This document shows positions 46,176-56,108 of a stretch of 64,000 nucleotides of DNA, piece after piece; position 1 is the first letter of the stretch; every line of letters begins with the position of its first letter. Origin of the DNA: Candidatus Omnitrophota bacterium (GTDB lineage: Bacteria > Omnitrophota > Gorgyraeia > Zapsychrales > JANLHA01); the NCBI GenBank assembly GCA_022711395.1, contig JAKLFA010000002.1, positions 131,864 through 195,863 of the forward strand, in the 5' to 3' direction. Under the pieces are notes generated by a model. The model worked only from the letters and a program-made list of their open reading frames with translations, searched no databases and was not told the origin of the DNA. The position numbers and the translations under genes were made by a program.

Positions 46176-48639
46176 CCCATTCGAGACGTTCCTGGGCGTA
46201 CTTGGATTCCTCGGTATTGAGGGCGATCAATTTCTTGTAGATCGCCTGCGCTTCTTGCCATTTTTGTTGGTCTTCAAAAATACGGGCGGTTCGCAAATAG
46301 GATTTGATCGTCCAGCTGGTCGGCGTCCCTCCCAGGTAGATCGCTTTCAAATATTCTTCAGCGGCCTGATCGGTCTTGTTCATTTGCTCCAGAAGGTCTC
46401 CGATCAAAAAAAGGAGCTCGGTCTTATCGTGCGTGCTTGAGCCTTGAGGAGTATCAACGGCCGTCTGATAGATCTTAAGGGCCTCTTCCGGGCGGTCCTT
46501 TTGCTTATAGATTTCCGCGATCTGTATAAGGGCATCCCGGCTGTAATCGGGAAGCGTTTGGGCGATCTGTTGATAGGTTTCGATCGCCTTTTCCTGCTGA
46601 AAGTCGGATGAGAAGATCTCCGCTATAGCGATCTGGGTCTTGGCATAGATGTCTTTATTTTCCGGCTGGATCCGACGGTAATGCTCAAGAGCTTTTTCAA
46701 ATTTTCTTTGGGCCTGATAAGCTTGCCCGATATCATAGTGGACAACATCGATGTGCGGGCTGCCGGGAAAAGTATCCAGGAATGTTTGATAGAGCGAAAT
46801 GGCCCTATCCAGCTCGTTGACCTCGAAATAGTGGTCGGCCACCCAGAGTTGCGCTTCCTGATGGGCGTCTGAACCCGGGAATTCTGAAATGATCGCTTCA
46901 AAGGCCTTCAACGCGTCCTTTGTTTTTTTGGAAAGGTAGAGGCTTTTCGCCTGTTGAAGGCGAGCGCTCTGAACCAGGCTTTTCGTCGTGTTCGGGTTCG
47001 AGATAAGCTTGGAGAGATACTCCAGAGCATGGTCGTAATCTTCGTTATTGAAATAGGCCAGGGCCGTCAAGTACTGCGCATCGAGCGATAGATGACTGTA
47101 AGGGTTTTCCTCAAGGAATCGTTTGAAATGCTCTGCGGCCAGGGCCCAGCCATCGGTCCGGAAATGGGCAATGCCCAAGTAATATTGAGCGTCTGATAAA
47201 TACCGGCTTTTTGGGAAATTGGTCTGCAGGCTCTGGAATGATATCTTCGCGGCCTCGATGTTGTTGAGGTGCAGAAAGGTAACCCCCTGCTGAAACTGAG
47301 CGTAATCCGCATAGAGGCTGTCAGGATATCGGCGGAGCACCTGGTCATAGGTCCGTAAGGCCAGATCATATTTTTCTACTTCCTGGTAGGCGTCCCCGAT
47401 CTGGCTCAACGCGCTGGCTTTGACGATGTTGCTTTTGCTCTGCTCGATGATGGTCTCAAATGTGGAGACCGCTTTTTTTGTGTCCCCCATTTTCAGATAG
47501 GTCCAAGCCAATCCATAGTAGGATCGTTCCAGAAGATGTTCCTGACCGGTTAGGGACCGGAGATGCTCGATCAGCTCCATAAACTGTTGGGAGGCTTTGG
47601 AATAATCGTTGAGCTCAAAGTAGATATTCGCTCGGTTCAGCCTGGCCTCCAGCACGCGCGGGCTTTTTGGAAAATCGTTGATCAGCAGATCAAAAGTCTT
47701 GAGGGCCTCCGGGTAATGCTCGGTTTGAGTTAAGAGATTGCCTTTGCCAAAATAGACCTCATCCTGGCTGTTCAGTTTTTCTTCGGTTGAGATCGTTTCG
47801 GCCTGTTTGAAATTTTCCTCTGCCAGATCGAATTTTTTAAGTTTGATATAACACCATCCCATTCCGATGCGTGACATGAAGCGCATGTTGGCTGAGGCAT
47901 TGCTTTCCGCGACCTTTGCATAGAATGTGACGGCCTTCAATGGGTCGCCCACGTAATAGAGGTTTTCAGCGAGATAGAACATCGCCTTTAAAGCGTTTTG
48001 TGAATTGGGGAATTTTTGAAGGTAGGTTTCTAAAATATCGATCGCTTCGCGATTTTTTCCGGTATTGATCTTGATCTCACCGAGCCGGAACAAGGAATCT
48101 TCGATCAGCATATGTTCGGGAAAGGACCTCAAAAGATTGTTGAATGAGTCCTCGGCTTGTGTATAGTCGCCCTGTTCATAATACGCCCACCCCTGGGAAT
48201 AATACGCCTGAGGAACATATGGAGAATCCGGGAAATCCGCAAGGACTTGTTTGAAGTAGTCCAAGGCTTGACGGTAATCGGAACCTTTGAGATGGGTCTC
48301 CCCCATCCAGAAAAGGACGGCATCTTCAAGTTCATCATTAGTCCGAAGCTGCTGGAAGATATCGAAGGCTTTTAAATATTGATTTTTGAAAAAGAAACAC
48401 TGCCCTTTGAGCAGCTGGGCTTTGGGAATATAGGGGCTCTGTGGAAACTCTGCCAGAAATTGATCAATGTAACGCAACGCGATATCGTAGAAGCCGTCAT
48501 CAAAGGCCTTTTGCGCGACAAAAAAGAGGTCTTTTTCGGCGTTGTCCCTGGTCTGTGCGAAACAAACCCGAAAAGATAGGGGCGTTTGGATTAAAAGTAG
48601 GCCGCATAAGCATGCGGTCATAAGTGGACGATATTTCAT
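46147..48639 (-). CDS. Large secreted tetratricopeptide-repeat protein
   Basis: 830 aa. Signal peptide and many TPR-like A/Y/L-rich repeats. Confidence 0.65.
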   Translation of the reverse strand: MKYRPLMTACLCGLLLIQTPLSFRVCFAQTRDNAEKDLFFVAQKAFDDGFYDIALRYIDQFLAEFPQSPYIPKAQLLKGQCFFFKNQYLKAFDIFQQLRTNDELEDAVLFWMGETHLKGSDYRQALDYFKQVLADFPDSPYVPQAYYSQGWAYYEQGDYTQAEDSFNNLLRSFPEHMLIEDSLFRLGEIKINTGKNREAIDILETYLQKFPNSQNALKAMFYLAENLYYVGDPLKAVTFYAKVAESNASANMRFMSRIGMGWCYIKLKKFDLAEENFKQAETISTEEKLNSQDEVYFGKGNLLTQTEHYPEALKTFDLLINDFPKSPRVLEARLNRANIYFELNDYSKASQQFMELIEHLRSLTGQEHLLERSYYGLAWTYLKMGDTKKAVSTFETIIEQSKSNIVKASALSQIGDAYQEVEKYDLALRTYDQVLRRYPDSLYADYAQFQQGVTFLHLNNIEAAKISFQSLQTNFPKSRYLSDAQYYLGIAHFRTDGWALAAEHFKRFLEENPYSHLSLDAQYLTALAYFNNEDYDHALEYLSKLISNPNTTKSLVQSARLQQAKSLYLSKKTKDALKAFEAIISEFPGSDAHQEAQLWVADHYFEVNELDRAISLYQTFLDTFPGSPHIDVVHYDIGQAYQAQRKFEKALEHYRRIQPENKDIYAKTQIAIAEIFSSDFQQEKAIETYQQIAQTLPDYSRDALIQIAEIYKQKDRPEEALKIYQTAVDTPQGSSTHDKTELLFLIGDLLEQMNKTDQAAEEYLKAIYLGGTPTSWTIKSYLRTARIFEDQQKWQEAQAIYKKLIALNTEESKYAQERLEWVETNIKTED

Positions 48640-48699
48640 AGAAAATTTATAAATATATTAAGAAAAATTTTTCTTATTATAGCAACTTTAAAGGGGATT

Positions 48700-51507
48700 T
48701 CAACCGTGTTGATGGGAAGGTTTGCTTCCTTCCAAGAGGATGTCTTTCAAATATTGTCCGGTGTAGGACGATTTGTGTGTGATGAGGGATTCCGGTGGGC
48801 CGGCAAAAAGGACATGCCCTCCTTTATCTCCGCCTTCAGGGCCCAGGTCAATGACGTAATCAGCGTTTTTGATCACTTCAAGATTGTGTTCAACGACCAG
48901 GATCGTGTTCCCCTTGTCAACAAGCCTCTGAAGGACCATTAAAAGTTTATGGACATCAGCGAAATGGAGCCCTGTGGTCGGTTCATCCAGGATATAAAGG
49001 GTATTGCCGGTGCTTTGTTTGCAGAGTTCACTGGCGAGCTTTACGCGCTGAGCCTCTCCTCCGGAAAGCGTGGTGGCGGGCTGCCCGAGTTTGATATATC
49101 CGAGGCCGACATCGATCAGCGTCTGCAAGACGCGTTGGATCGAAGGAATATTTTCGAAACATGTGAAGGCCTCTTCTACGGAGAGATCAAGGATGTCCGC
49201 GATATTCTTCTCTTTAAAATAGATCTCCAGGGTCTGTTCGTTAAATCGTTTGCCATGACAGACCTCACACTCCACATACACATCCGGCAGAAAGTGCATC
49301 TCTATTTTTTTGATCCCGTCACCGCTGCAGGCTTCACAGCGGCCCCCCTTGACGTTGAAGCTGAAACGCCCGGGCTTGTATCCACGGACCTTGGATTCAG
49401 GCAATCGGCTTAAAATATTACGGATGTCACTAAAGACTCCTGTGTATGTCGCAGCGTTCGATCGTGGGGTGCGGCCTATCGGCGATTGATCCACCACAAT
49501 AACTTTATCAATATGCTCCATGCCCTTGATCGAGCGGAGTTTTCCGACCGGTTCTTTGGAATTGTAGAGTTCTTTGGCCAGGGCTGGAAAGAGCGTGTTT
49601 TCAACCAGTGATGATTTGCCCGATCCGGAGACGCCGGTCACGCAGACAAAGGTCCGCAACGGGATCTCGACGTCGATGTTCTTTAAATTATTTTCTTGCG
49701 CGCCTTTGAGGATCAGTTTTTCAGTTTTGTGAATGTCCCGGCGTTTTTCAGGGACGGGGATCTTTTGATGGCCAAGTAAATACTGGGCTGTGAGCGATTT
49801 CTTGCATTTCAGCAGCCCGGGGACGTCTCCCGCATAGATGACTTCTCCCCCATGGAGGCCGGCAGCTGGTCCCAGATCGATGATAAAATCGGCGTTCCTG
49901 ATCGCCGCTTCATCGTGTTCCACCACGATCAGCGTGTTGCCGATGTCCCTTAGGGCATGCAGGGTATTGAGCAGTCGGGCGTTATCTCTTTGGTGAAGGC
50001 CGATGCTGGGCTCATCAAGGACATAGATGACGCCCACCAGGCCGGATCCGACCTGAGTGGCCAGGCGGATCCGTTCAGCCTCTCCACCGGACAATGTCAA
50101 ACTTTTGCGTTCCAGAGTCAAATATTCGAGGCCGACATTGATGCAGAATTCTAGTCGCCGGTTGATCTCTTTGATGATCGGTCCAGCGATGATCGACTGC
50201 TCCTTGTTTAAGTGAAGACTGCTGAAAAAAGCTTTGGCATCCTTGATCGAAAGGGCGCAGACATCGGAAATGTTTTTTTCGTCAAGTCTGACGGAGAGGG
50301 ATTCGGTCTTGAGACGGCTTCCGTGGCATGCCGGACAGGGGTGCACGGACATATAGTTTGATATTTCGTCCTTGAGCCAGTCGCTATCGGTCTCAGTGAA
50401 CAGTCTTTGCATATACGCCAGGGCGCCGGTGAACGGCTTGCCCCAGACAGAATCGTTTGATCCGTTGAGGATAACATCTTTAAACTTTTTGGAAAGTTTG
50501 CTGTAAGGAAGTTCCGTGTCAATGTTGTGGAGGTCCGCGATTTCCCTCAGAACGGCACGGTAATACATCATGTAGTTGTGCCTGCCTTTGCGCCAGGGAG
50601 CGATCGCGTAGACCCAGGGCTTGTCCGGGTCCGGGACCAAACGGCTGGGATCGATCTCCATTTTTGTTCCCAAACCATTGCAGGACGGGCAGGCCCCGTA
50701 GGGTGAATTAAAGGAAAAGGTCCTCGGTTCGATCTCTGGGATGTTGATGCCGCATCCTGTGCAGGCAAAGTGCTCGCTGAAGGTCAGTTCTTCCTTTCGG
50801 TCAGGGCTTTGAACGATCAGAAGGCCCTTTCCTAATTGCAGAGCGGTCTCAATGGAGTCGGTCAGGCGCTGCTTGATCTCGGGTTTGATCGATAACCGAT
50901 CGACGACGATCTCAATATGGTGAACTTTATAACGGTCGAGCTTGATCGCTTCATCGGTCTTGTAGATCTGGCCGTCCACGCGCAAGCGCGCGAAGCCGGC
51001 TTTTGAGACCTGTTGCTGGATGGCGCGGTATTCCCCTTTACGTCCTTTGATGAGAGGCGCGAGGATGTTCACTTTTGTCTCCACGGGCAGGGTGAGGATC
51101 TGTTCAACGATCTCCTGGGCGCTTTGACGGGTGATCGGCCTGCCGCAGACCGGGCAGTGCGGCTGCCCGACACGGGCGAACAAAAGGCGCAAATAATCAT
51201 AGATCTCGGTCTGTGTCGCCACGGTGGAACGGGGGTTGCGGCTGATGGTTTTTTGCTCGATGGCGATCGTTGGTGATAATCCATCGATTGATTCGATCTT
51301 GGGTTTTTGGAGCTGATCCAGGAATTGCCTGGCGTAGGCGGAAAGGCTTTCCACGTAACGCCGCTGCCCTTCTGCATAGATCGTGTCAAAGGCCAAGGAG
51401 GATTTGCCTGAGCCGCTTAAGCCCGTAATGACGACGAACTGATCGCGCGGGATCTCAAGGTCAAACCCTTTCAGGTTATGTTCTTGCGCATTTTTGATGC
51501 GGATCAT
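48700..51507 (-). CDS. uvrA: Excinuclease ABC subunit A
   Basis: NLKGFDLEIPRDQFVVITGLSGSGKSSLAFDTI. Two ABC modules and zinc fingers. About 935 aa. Confidence 0.95.
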   Translation of the reverse strand: MIRIKNAQEHNLKGFDLEIPRDQFVVITGLSGSGKSSLAFDTIYAEGQRRYVESLSAYARQFLDQLQKPKIESIDGLSPTIAIEQKTISRNPRSTVATQTEIYDYLRLLFARVGQPHCPVCGRPITRQSAQEIVEQILTLPVETKVNILAPLIKGRKGEYRAIQQQVSKAGFARLRVDGQIYKTDEAIKLDRYKVHHIEIVVDRLSIKPEIKQRLTDSIETALQLGKGLLIVQSPDRKEELTFSEHFACTGCGINIPEIEPRTFSFNSPYGACPSCNGLGTKMEIDPSRLVPDPDKPWVYAIAPWRKGRHNYMMYYRAVLREIADLHNIDTELPYSKLSKKFKDVILNGSNDSVWGKPFTGALAYMQRLFTETDSDWLKDEISNYMSVHPCPACHGSRLKTESLSVRLDEKNISDVCALSIKDAKAFFSSLHLNKEQSIIAGPIIKEINRRLEFCINVGLEYLTLERKSLTLSGGEAERIRLATQVGSGLVGVIYVLDEPSIGLHQRDNARLLNTLHALRDIGNTLIVVEHDEAAIRNADFIIDLGPAAGLHGGEVIYAGDVPGLLKCKKSLTAQYLLGHQKIPVPEKRRDIHKTEKLILKGAQENNLKNIDVEIPLRTFVCVTGVSGSGKSSLVENTLFPALAKELYNSKEPVGKLRSIKGMEHIDKVIVVDQSPIGRTPRSNAATYTGVFSDIRNILSRLPESKVRGYKPGRFSFNVKGGRCEACSGDGIKKIEMHFLPDVYVECEVCHGKRFNEQTLEIYFKEKNIADILDLSVEEAFTCFENIPSIQRVLQTLIDVGLGYIKLGQPATTLSGGEAQRVKLASELCKQSTGNTLYILDEPTTGLHFADVHKLLMVLQRLVDKGNTILVVEHNLEVIKNADYVIDLGPEGGDKGGHVLFAGPPESLITHKSSYTGQYLKDILLEGSKPSHQHG

Positions 51508-51556
51508 TGAATGATGGACCATGGCACTGAGGTTTTCGGAATTTGGTTACAGAAAT

Positions 51557-51594
51557 AAAATAGCCTCGCTCTTTTGATCGAGCGAGGCTATTTT
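51557..51594. terminator. Bidirectional intrinsic terminator (11-bp stem) between the K-rich protein gene and uvrA
   Basis: AAAA tagcctcgctc ttttgatc gagcgaggcta TTTT. Confidence 0.6.
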
Positions 51595-51609
51595 ATCACA
51601 AAAAAGAAA

Positions 51610-51930
51610 TTATTTTTTCTTTTTTGATTTCTTGGCTGGTTTCTTTTTGGCAGCTTTTTTAGCGACCTTCTTCTTTGCGACTTTTTTAGCAGCCTTCTTC
51701 TTTTTGCTGCCGCCTCTTACCATCTTTGCGCAAGAGATGTCACCGTCTTTATCAATGAAATAGAGGTAACCCGCCTCTTTCTTGACGCCGACTTTAGCGA
51801 CCTTTTTAGGCTTACCGCCTTTTTTGTCGCCGCGCGCCATAACTGCACAGGAAACATCACCGTTTTTGTCAACGAAGTAAAGGAGACCTTTTTCCTTCTT
51901 GACTCCAACTTTTGCCACTTTCTTTGCCAT
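51610..51930 (-). CDS. Small lysine/alanine-rich basic protein: two copies of a 33-aa repeat plus a histone H1/Hc1-like (AKK)n tail
   Basis: AKKVAKVGVKKEKGLLYFVDKNGDVSCAVMARG and PKKVAKVGVKKEAGYLYFIDKDGDISCAKMVRG, then AAKKVAKKKVAKKAAKKKPAKKSKKKK. Strong GGGGGTG ribosome-binding site. Own terminator. Confidence 0.6.
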   Translation of the reverse strand: MAKKVAKVGVKKEKGLLYFVDKNGDVSCAVMARGDKKGGKPKKVAKVGVKKEAGYLYFIDKDGDISCAKMVRGGSKKKKAAKKVAKKKVAKKAAKKKPAKKSKKKK

Positions 51931-51983
51931 AGTTTCACCCCCTTTCTTATGATTTTATTTTGAAGCGTAAAAAGAAAATCTTT

Positions 51984-52817
51984 TTACGTCCCAATGCGAC
52001 TGGATCCACAGTGCCCTTTCAAGGTTTCAATGGCCGAAAGAACGGCCAGGTAACTTGTTTTAGGATTATCCGGGCAGACGGCATTTTCGGTCCGTGTCAA
52101 AAGGCGGCCGAAATCGCCGACAGCTTCGATTTCATGCGAATTTTTTGTAAATTTCGGTGAAGCAGAGATCCGGACCCTGATCTTATCTTTAGAGCGGGTC
52201 GCCAACGCCAAGGTGGCAGCCACATTGATGTTTTGGGGGAAAGCCTTCACGGCATCATCGACGGTCCCATCAAAAATGACGGTTTCCTCCTGGATCTGTT
52301 CCAAGATAATGCCTTTTTTCATGATATAAGGATTGTTCTTAAAGCCGCTGATAGGTTTGCGCGTCGTCAGGGTAATCTGAGAAAAACCGATCTGGGCGCA
52401 AGCTTTTAGGCTGTCAATGCCGGCAATGGCTCCTGATGGAACAAGGATCCGGCACTGATTGGACTTGGCTAGCTTGAACAGGTGGTCGGCGTTCAAAAGC
52501 TGGCCGACGCTGATCACGAGAACGTCTTTTTTTTGGGCCAGAATGGTCTCGATCAGATGAACCGTCTCGGTGGAGCTGACCGCTTCAACGATAAAATTAG
52601 AATGATCGAGCAGATCCTGGAAGGTCGCTTTGGCAAGGGATGGGTCTTTCAGCTGGGCGGCAAGGTCCTTCGACTTGTGAGTGTCGATGTCATAAAGGCC
52701 GGCTAACGAGACGGGAAACATCTTCATCTCGTCGGTAATGCTGTGCGCTATTCGGGAGCCGATCGCCCCGCAGCCTAAAATCCCGATATTGAGTTCGTAA
52801 CCGTCTGAACGTTTCAT
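51984..52817 (-). CDS. nadX: L-aspartate dehydrogenase
   Basis: IGILGCGAIGSRI, PSGAIAGIDSL, FPQNINVAATLALA, DNPKTSYLAVLSAIETL match NadX/Asp_DH motifs. Confidence 0.7.
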   Translation of the reverse strand: MKRSDGYELNIGILGCGAIGSRIAHSITDEMKMFPVSLAGLYDIDTHKSKDLAAQLKDPSLAKATFQDLLDHSNFIVEAVSSTETVHLIETILAQKKDVLVISVGQLLNADHLFKLAKSNQCRILVPSGAIAGIDSLKACAQIGFSQITLTTRKPISGFKNNPYIMKKGIILEQIQEETVIFDGTVDDAVKAFPQNINVAATLALATRSKDKIRVRISASPKFTKNSHEIEAVGDFGRLLTRTENAVCPDNPKTSYLAVLSAIETLKGHCGSSRIGT

Positions 52818-52871
52818 GCTTTTGATGAAAATCCTCGACGAACAATTTTAAAATATTATAAGCATAAAATT

Positions 52872-53714
52872 TTAAATTTGCAAAATAATATTATCAATTA
52901 ATCGGGCCTTTCCAAAAAATACCGCCAAGGCGATCACGCAACGTCCTTCTAAACGCGGAACCGGGCGAAGGGTCTGGGCGTCCGCGCATTCAATATAATC
53001 GATCCGTCCCGACGTCCGGATGATCATGGAACGGATCAAAGCCTTAATGGCCTTGGGGTCTTTCTCCCCTTTTCCGACGGATCTTTTGGCCGCTTGAAGC
53101 GATGCGAAAAGCACGGTGGCTTCGGATCGTTCTTGGGGCGTTAAATAGATATTGCGAGAACTCATCGCGAGCCCATCGGGTTCGCGGACGGTGGCGATGA
53201 CTCGGATCTTAACGGGAAAGTTCAGGTCGCGAGCCATTTTCTGGATCACGACGGTCTGCTGATAATCTTTTTGGCCGAAATAGGCCTGGTCAGGGTTGAC
53301 GATCAAAAAGAGCTTTGCGACCACAGTGGCCACTCCCCGGAAATGATGAGGGCGGCTCTTTCCGCAAAGGGTTTTGGTCACATCGGGGACATCGACAAGG
53401 CTGCAGCAGCCGAAAGGGTACATCTCTTCGACGGATGGGTAGAAAACGACATCAGCTCCAGCTGCAGCCGCCATCCGGCAGTCACGGCGTTTATCGCGCG
53501 GATAGTTACGGTAATCCTCTTTAGGCCCGAACTGTGTGGGGTTCACGAAAATACTGACAACGCACAGGCCATGGTCTTTTTTGCAGCGCTGAATGAGGGA
53601 AAGGTGCCCTTGGTGGAAGGCGCCCATCGTCGGTACAAAACCGATGCTTTTGCCTTCCGTGCGTGCTTTTTGGACCGCCAGGCGTAGTTTTTGGATGGTG
53701 TGAATGGTTTGCAT
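52872..53714 (-). CDS. panC: Pantoate--beta-alanine ligase
   Basis: GFVPTMGAFHQGHLSLI...FVNPTQFGPKEDY. Start at an internal Met. Confidence 0.85.
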   Translation of the reverse strand: MQTIHTIQKLRLAVQKARTEGKSIGFVPTMGAFHQGHLSLIQRCKKDHGLCVVSIFVNPTQFGPKEDYRNYPRDKRRDCRMAAAAGADVVFYPSVEEMYPFGCCSLVDVPDVTKTLCGKSRPHHFRGVATVVAKLFLIVNPDQAYFGQKDYQQTVVIQKMARDLNFPVKIRVIATVREPDGLAMSSRNIYLTPQERSEATVLFASLQAAKRSVGKGEKDPKAIKALIRSMIIRTSGRIDYIECADAQTLRPVPRLEGRCVIALAVFFGKARLIDNIILQI

Positions 53715-54130
53715 CAGTGATCGTTTGTGATGTCTGGTTCGATTTCCCTTAACGGACCCATGACAAATTCCCTTTCCCACATGCGGGGATGCGGGATTGT
53801 CAGCGTCGGAGTCTTAATAACAGCATTATCATATAAGAGGATATCAATGTCAATGGTGCGTGGGCCGTTTTTTTCACAGCGGACACGGCCCAATTTTTCT
53901 TCGATGGCAAGGGTTGTTCGCAGAAGGGCCTCTGCCGAAAGTGACGTTTGGGCTTTGGCCACGGCATTTAAGAATTTTGGCTGTTTGGGACCTCCCACTG
54001 GATCGGTTTCTATGAACGAAGAAATCTTTAGAAAGGAGATCCCATTTTTTTTGAGCTCCTCTAAAGCAGCCTCGAGGTTGGCCTTACGGTCCCCCAGGTT
54101 GGATCCTAATCCAAGAAATACCACGGGCAC
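53714..54130 (-). CDS. folK: 2-amino-4-hydroxy-6-hydroxymethyldihydropteridine diphosphokinase
   Basis: VFLGLGSNLGDR...RTIDIDILLYD...IPHPRMWEREFV. Confidence 0.85.
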   Translation of the reverse strand: MPVVFLGLGSNLGDRKANLEAALEELKKNGISFLKISSFIETDPVGGPKQPKFLNAVAKAQTSLSAEALLRTTLAIEEKLGRVRCEKNGPRTIDIDILLYDNAVIKTPTLTIPHPRMWEREFVMGPLREIEPDITNDH

Positions 54131-54156
54131 GGGATGGCCCCTTCCTTCCTTCGCAA

Positions 54157-55329
54157 TCAGGATAAGACGTTTTTGAGACGGTCAACAGCTTCAGTGATGC
54201 GCTCTTTGCTGACGGTAAGCGCCATTCGGATATAACCTTCTCCAGAATTCCCGAAACCGATGCCAGGAGTAGCGACGATATCGGCCTTTTCAAGAAAGGT
54301 CTTTGCCGCCAGCATGGAGTCTCCATTGAACTGTTTTGGGAGTTTTGCCCAGACATAAAAAGCGGCCTTTGGAGGAGTGATCTTCCATCCGTAGTTGCGG
54401 ACCCCGTTGATCAGGCAATCTCTTCGTTCTTCGTAAAGCCGTCGAAGGTCATCGACTTCTGCATCGGGCGTCCTTAGGGCATCGATCGCCGCGACCTGGA
54501 TCGCCTGAAAGATGCCGGAGTCATAGTTTGTCTTCACTTTTCCCAGGGCTTGGATCAGCTTTGGATTTCCGCAAGCCCAGCCCACCCTCCAGCCGGCCAT
54601 GTTGTAGGTCTTTGATAGGGAATGGAATTCGATCGCAAGATCTTTAGCTCCTTCGATCTCCAGGATCGAGACGGGCGCTTCTCCGTCAAAATAGATCTCA
54701 GAATAGGCCATATCCGAGATGAGGATCATTCCTTTTTCACGGGCGATGGCAACAAGTTGCTCATAAAATTCACGTGTGGCGATCGCTGCCGTTGGATTGT
54801 TGGGATAGTTGATATACATGAATTTGGCATTCTTGATCTCAGCCACGCGCTCCAAGTCCGGGAGAAAATCTTTGCTTTCTTTAAGAGGGATCTCAACGAT
54901 CTTTCCTCCGGCGAAGTTGATGGTCGGCCGGTAGGCAGGATAACACGGGTCTGTCAGAAGGACTTTATCGCCGGGATTGATGATCCCCAGGGGCAAATGG
55001 GCCAGCCCTTCTTTTGATCCGATGAGTGGATAAATTTCGTTATTGGGGTCCAGAGAGACTTCAAAGCGTTTTTTGAACCAGCCCGCGATCTCCTGTCGCA
55101 GTTCCGGGAGCCCTGCGTCAAGCGCGTAGTGATGGTTTGCCGGATTCTCAACGGCCTTTTTGAGGGATTCAATGATGTGGGGAAATGTCGGACTGTCAGG
55201 ATCGCCGATCCCCAGGTTGATAACATCTCTCCCCTCAGCGATCGCGGCCCGTTTTGCTTTGTCGATCTCAACAAACAGATAAGGCGGGACCATTTTTAAA
55301 CGGTCAGAAAATTCAATTTCAACAGCCAT
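54157..55329 (-). CDS. dapL: PLP-dependent aminotransferase class I; candidate LL-diaminopimelate aminotransferase (DapL)
   Basis: FSDRLKMVPPYLFVEIDKAKRAAIAEGRDVINLGIGDPDSP resembles the DapL N-terminus. Lies immediately upstream of dapB-dapA-dapF-lysA. Confidence 0.5.
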   Translation of the reverse strand: MAVEIEFSDRLKMVPPYLFVEIDKAKRAAIAEGRDVINLGIGDPDSPTFPHIIESLKKAVENPANHHYALDAGLPELRQEIAGWFKKRFEVSLDPNNEIYPLIGSKEGLAHLPLGIINPGDKVLLTDPCYPAYRPTINFAGGKIVEIPLKESKDFLPDLERVAEIKNAKFMYINYPNNPTAAIATREFYEQLVAIAREKGMILISDMAYSEIYFDGEAPVSILEIEGAKDLAIEFHSLSKTYNMAGWRVGWACGNPKLIQALGKVKTNYDSGIFQAIQVAAIDALRTPDAEVDDLRRLYEERRDCLINGVRNYGWKITPPKAAFYVWAKLPKQFNGDSMLAAKTFLEKADIVATPGIGFGNSGEGYIRMALTVSKERITEAVDRLKNVLS

Positions 55330-55379
55330 GAAAAAACTCCTTCTTTGTGTTATTCCAGAGCGGAAGATATTTTTTAAAC

Positions 55380-56096
55380 TTAAAGGCTAAGGACATCCTG
55401 CATGGAAAAGAAACCGCTGGTCTTTCCCTTCAGGAATTTGGCCGCAACCAGTGCGCCCTTGGCGAAGATATCCCGTGTTTTGGCGTGGTGCTTGATCACG
55501 ATCAGGTCCTCCGCGCTTTCGAAGCGCACTTCATGGTCCCCGATGATCTCCCCTTCGCGGATTGCTTCGATATCGTGGACCTTTTTTGAAGAGTGGTCTT
55601 CAACGATCTTTGCCAGGGTCTTGGCTGTGCCGGACGGCGCGTCTTTTTTATGGACATGATGCGCTTCGGTCATGGTGACGGAATAATCGGCAGGCGTGGC
55701 CCGCGCCAGAAGCTCAACACTTTTAAAAAGAACATTAACACCCACGGACATGTTCGATGAGAACACAATGGCGATATCCTTGGCCGCTTCCTTAATGCGT
55801 TCGATCTGCGCCGGAACAAGTCCGGTCGTTCCGATGACCATGTTGATCCCGTGCTCCCGGCAGAATTTCAGGTTTTGGATGGTGGAATCCGGAGATGTGA
55901 AGTCGATCAGCACATCACAGCCTTTAATGCTGTAAAGATCAGACGACACATTGATACCATTTAGGGTTTCATGCACATTGGGATGGTCAGACCGTTCCAA
56001 CAGGGCGGAAATCTTGAATTCCGTGTCCTTGATCGCCAGAAAAACGATCCGCTGGCCCATTCGGCCCAGGCAACCGGTGACAGCAAGCTTGATCAT
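55380..56096 (-). CDS. dapB: 4-hydroxy-tetrahydrodipicolinate reductase
   Basis: MIKLAVTGCLGRMGQRIV...HHVHKKDAPSGTA. Confidence 0.85.
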   Translation of the reverse strand: MIKLAVTGCLGRMGQRIVFLAIKDTEFKISALLERSDHPNVHETLNGINVSSDLYSIKGCDVLIDFTSPDSTIQNLKFCREHGINMVIGTTGLVPAQIERIKEAAKDIAIVFSSNMSVGVNVLFKSVELLARATPADYSVTMTEAHHVHKKDAPSGTAKTLAKIVEDHSSKKVHDIEAIREGEIIGDHEVRFESAEDLIVIKHHAKTRDIFAKGALVAAKFLKGKTSGFFSMQDVLSL

Positions 56097-56108
56097 GGTG
56101 AGTTCCTC

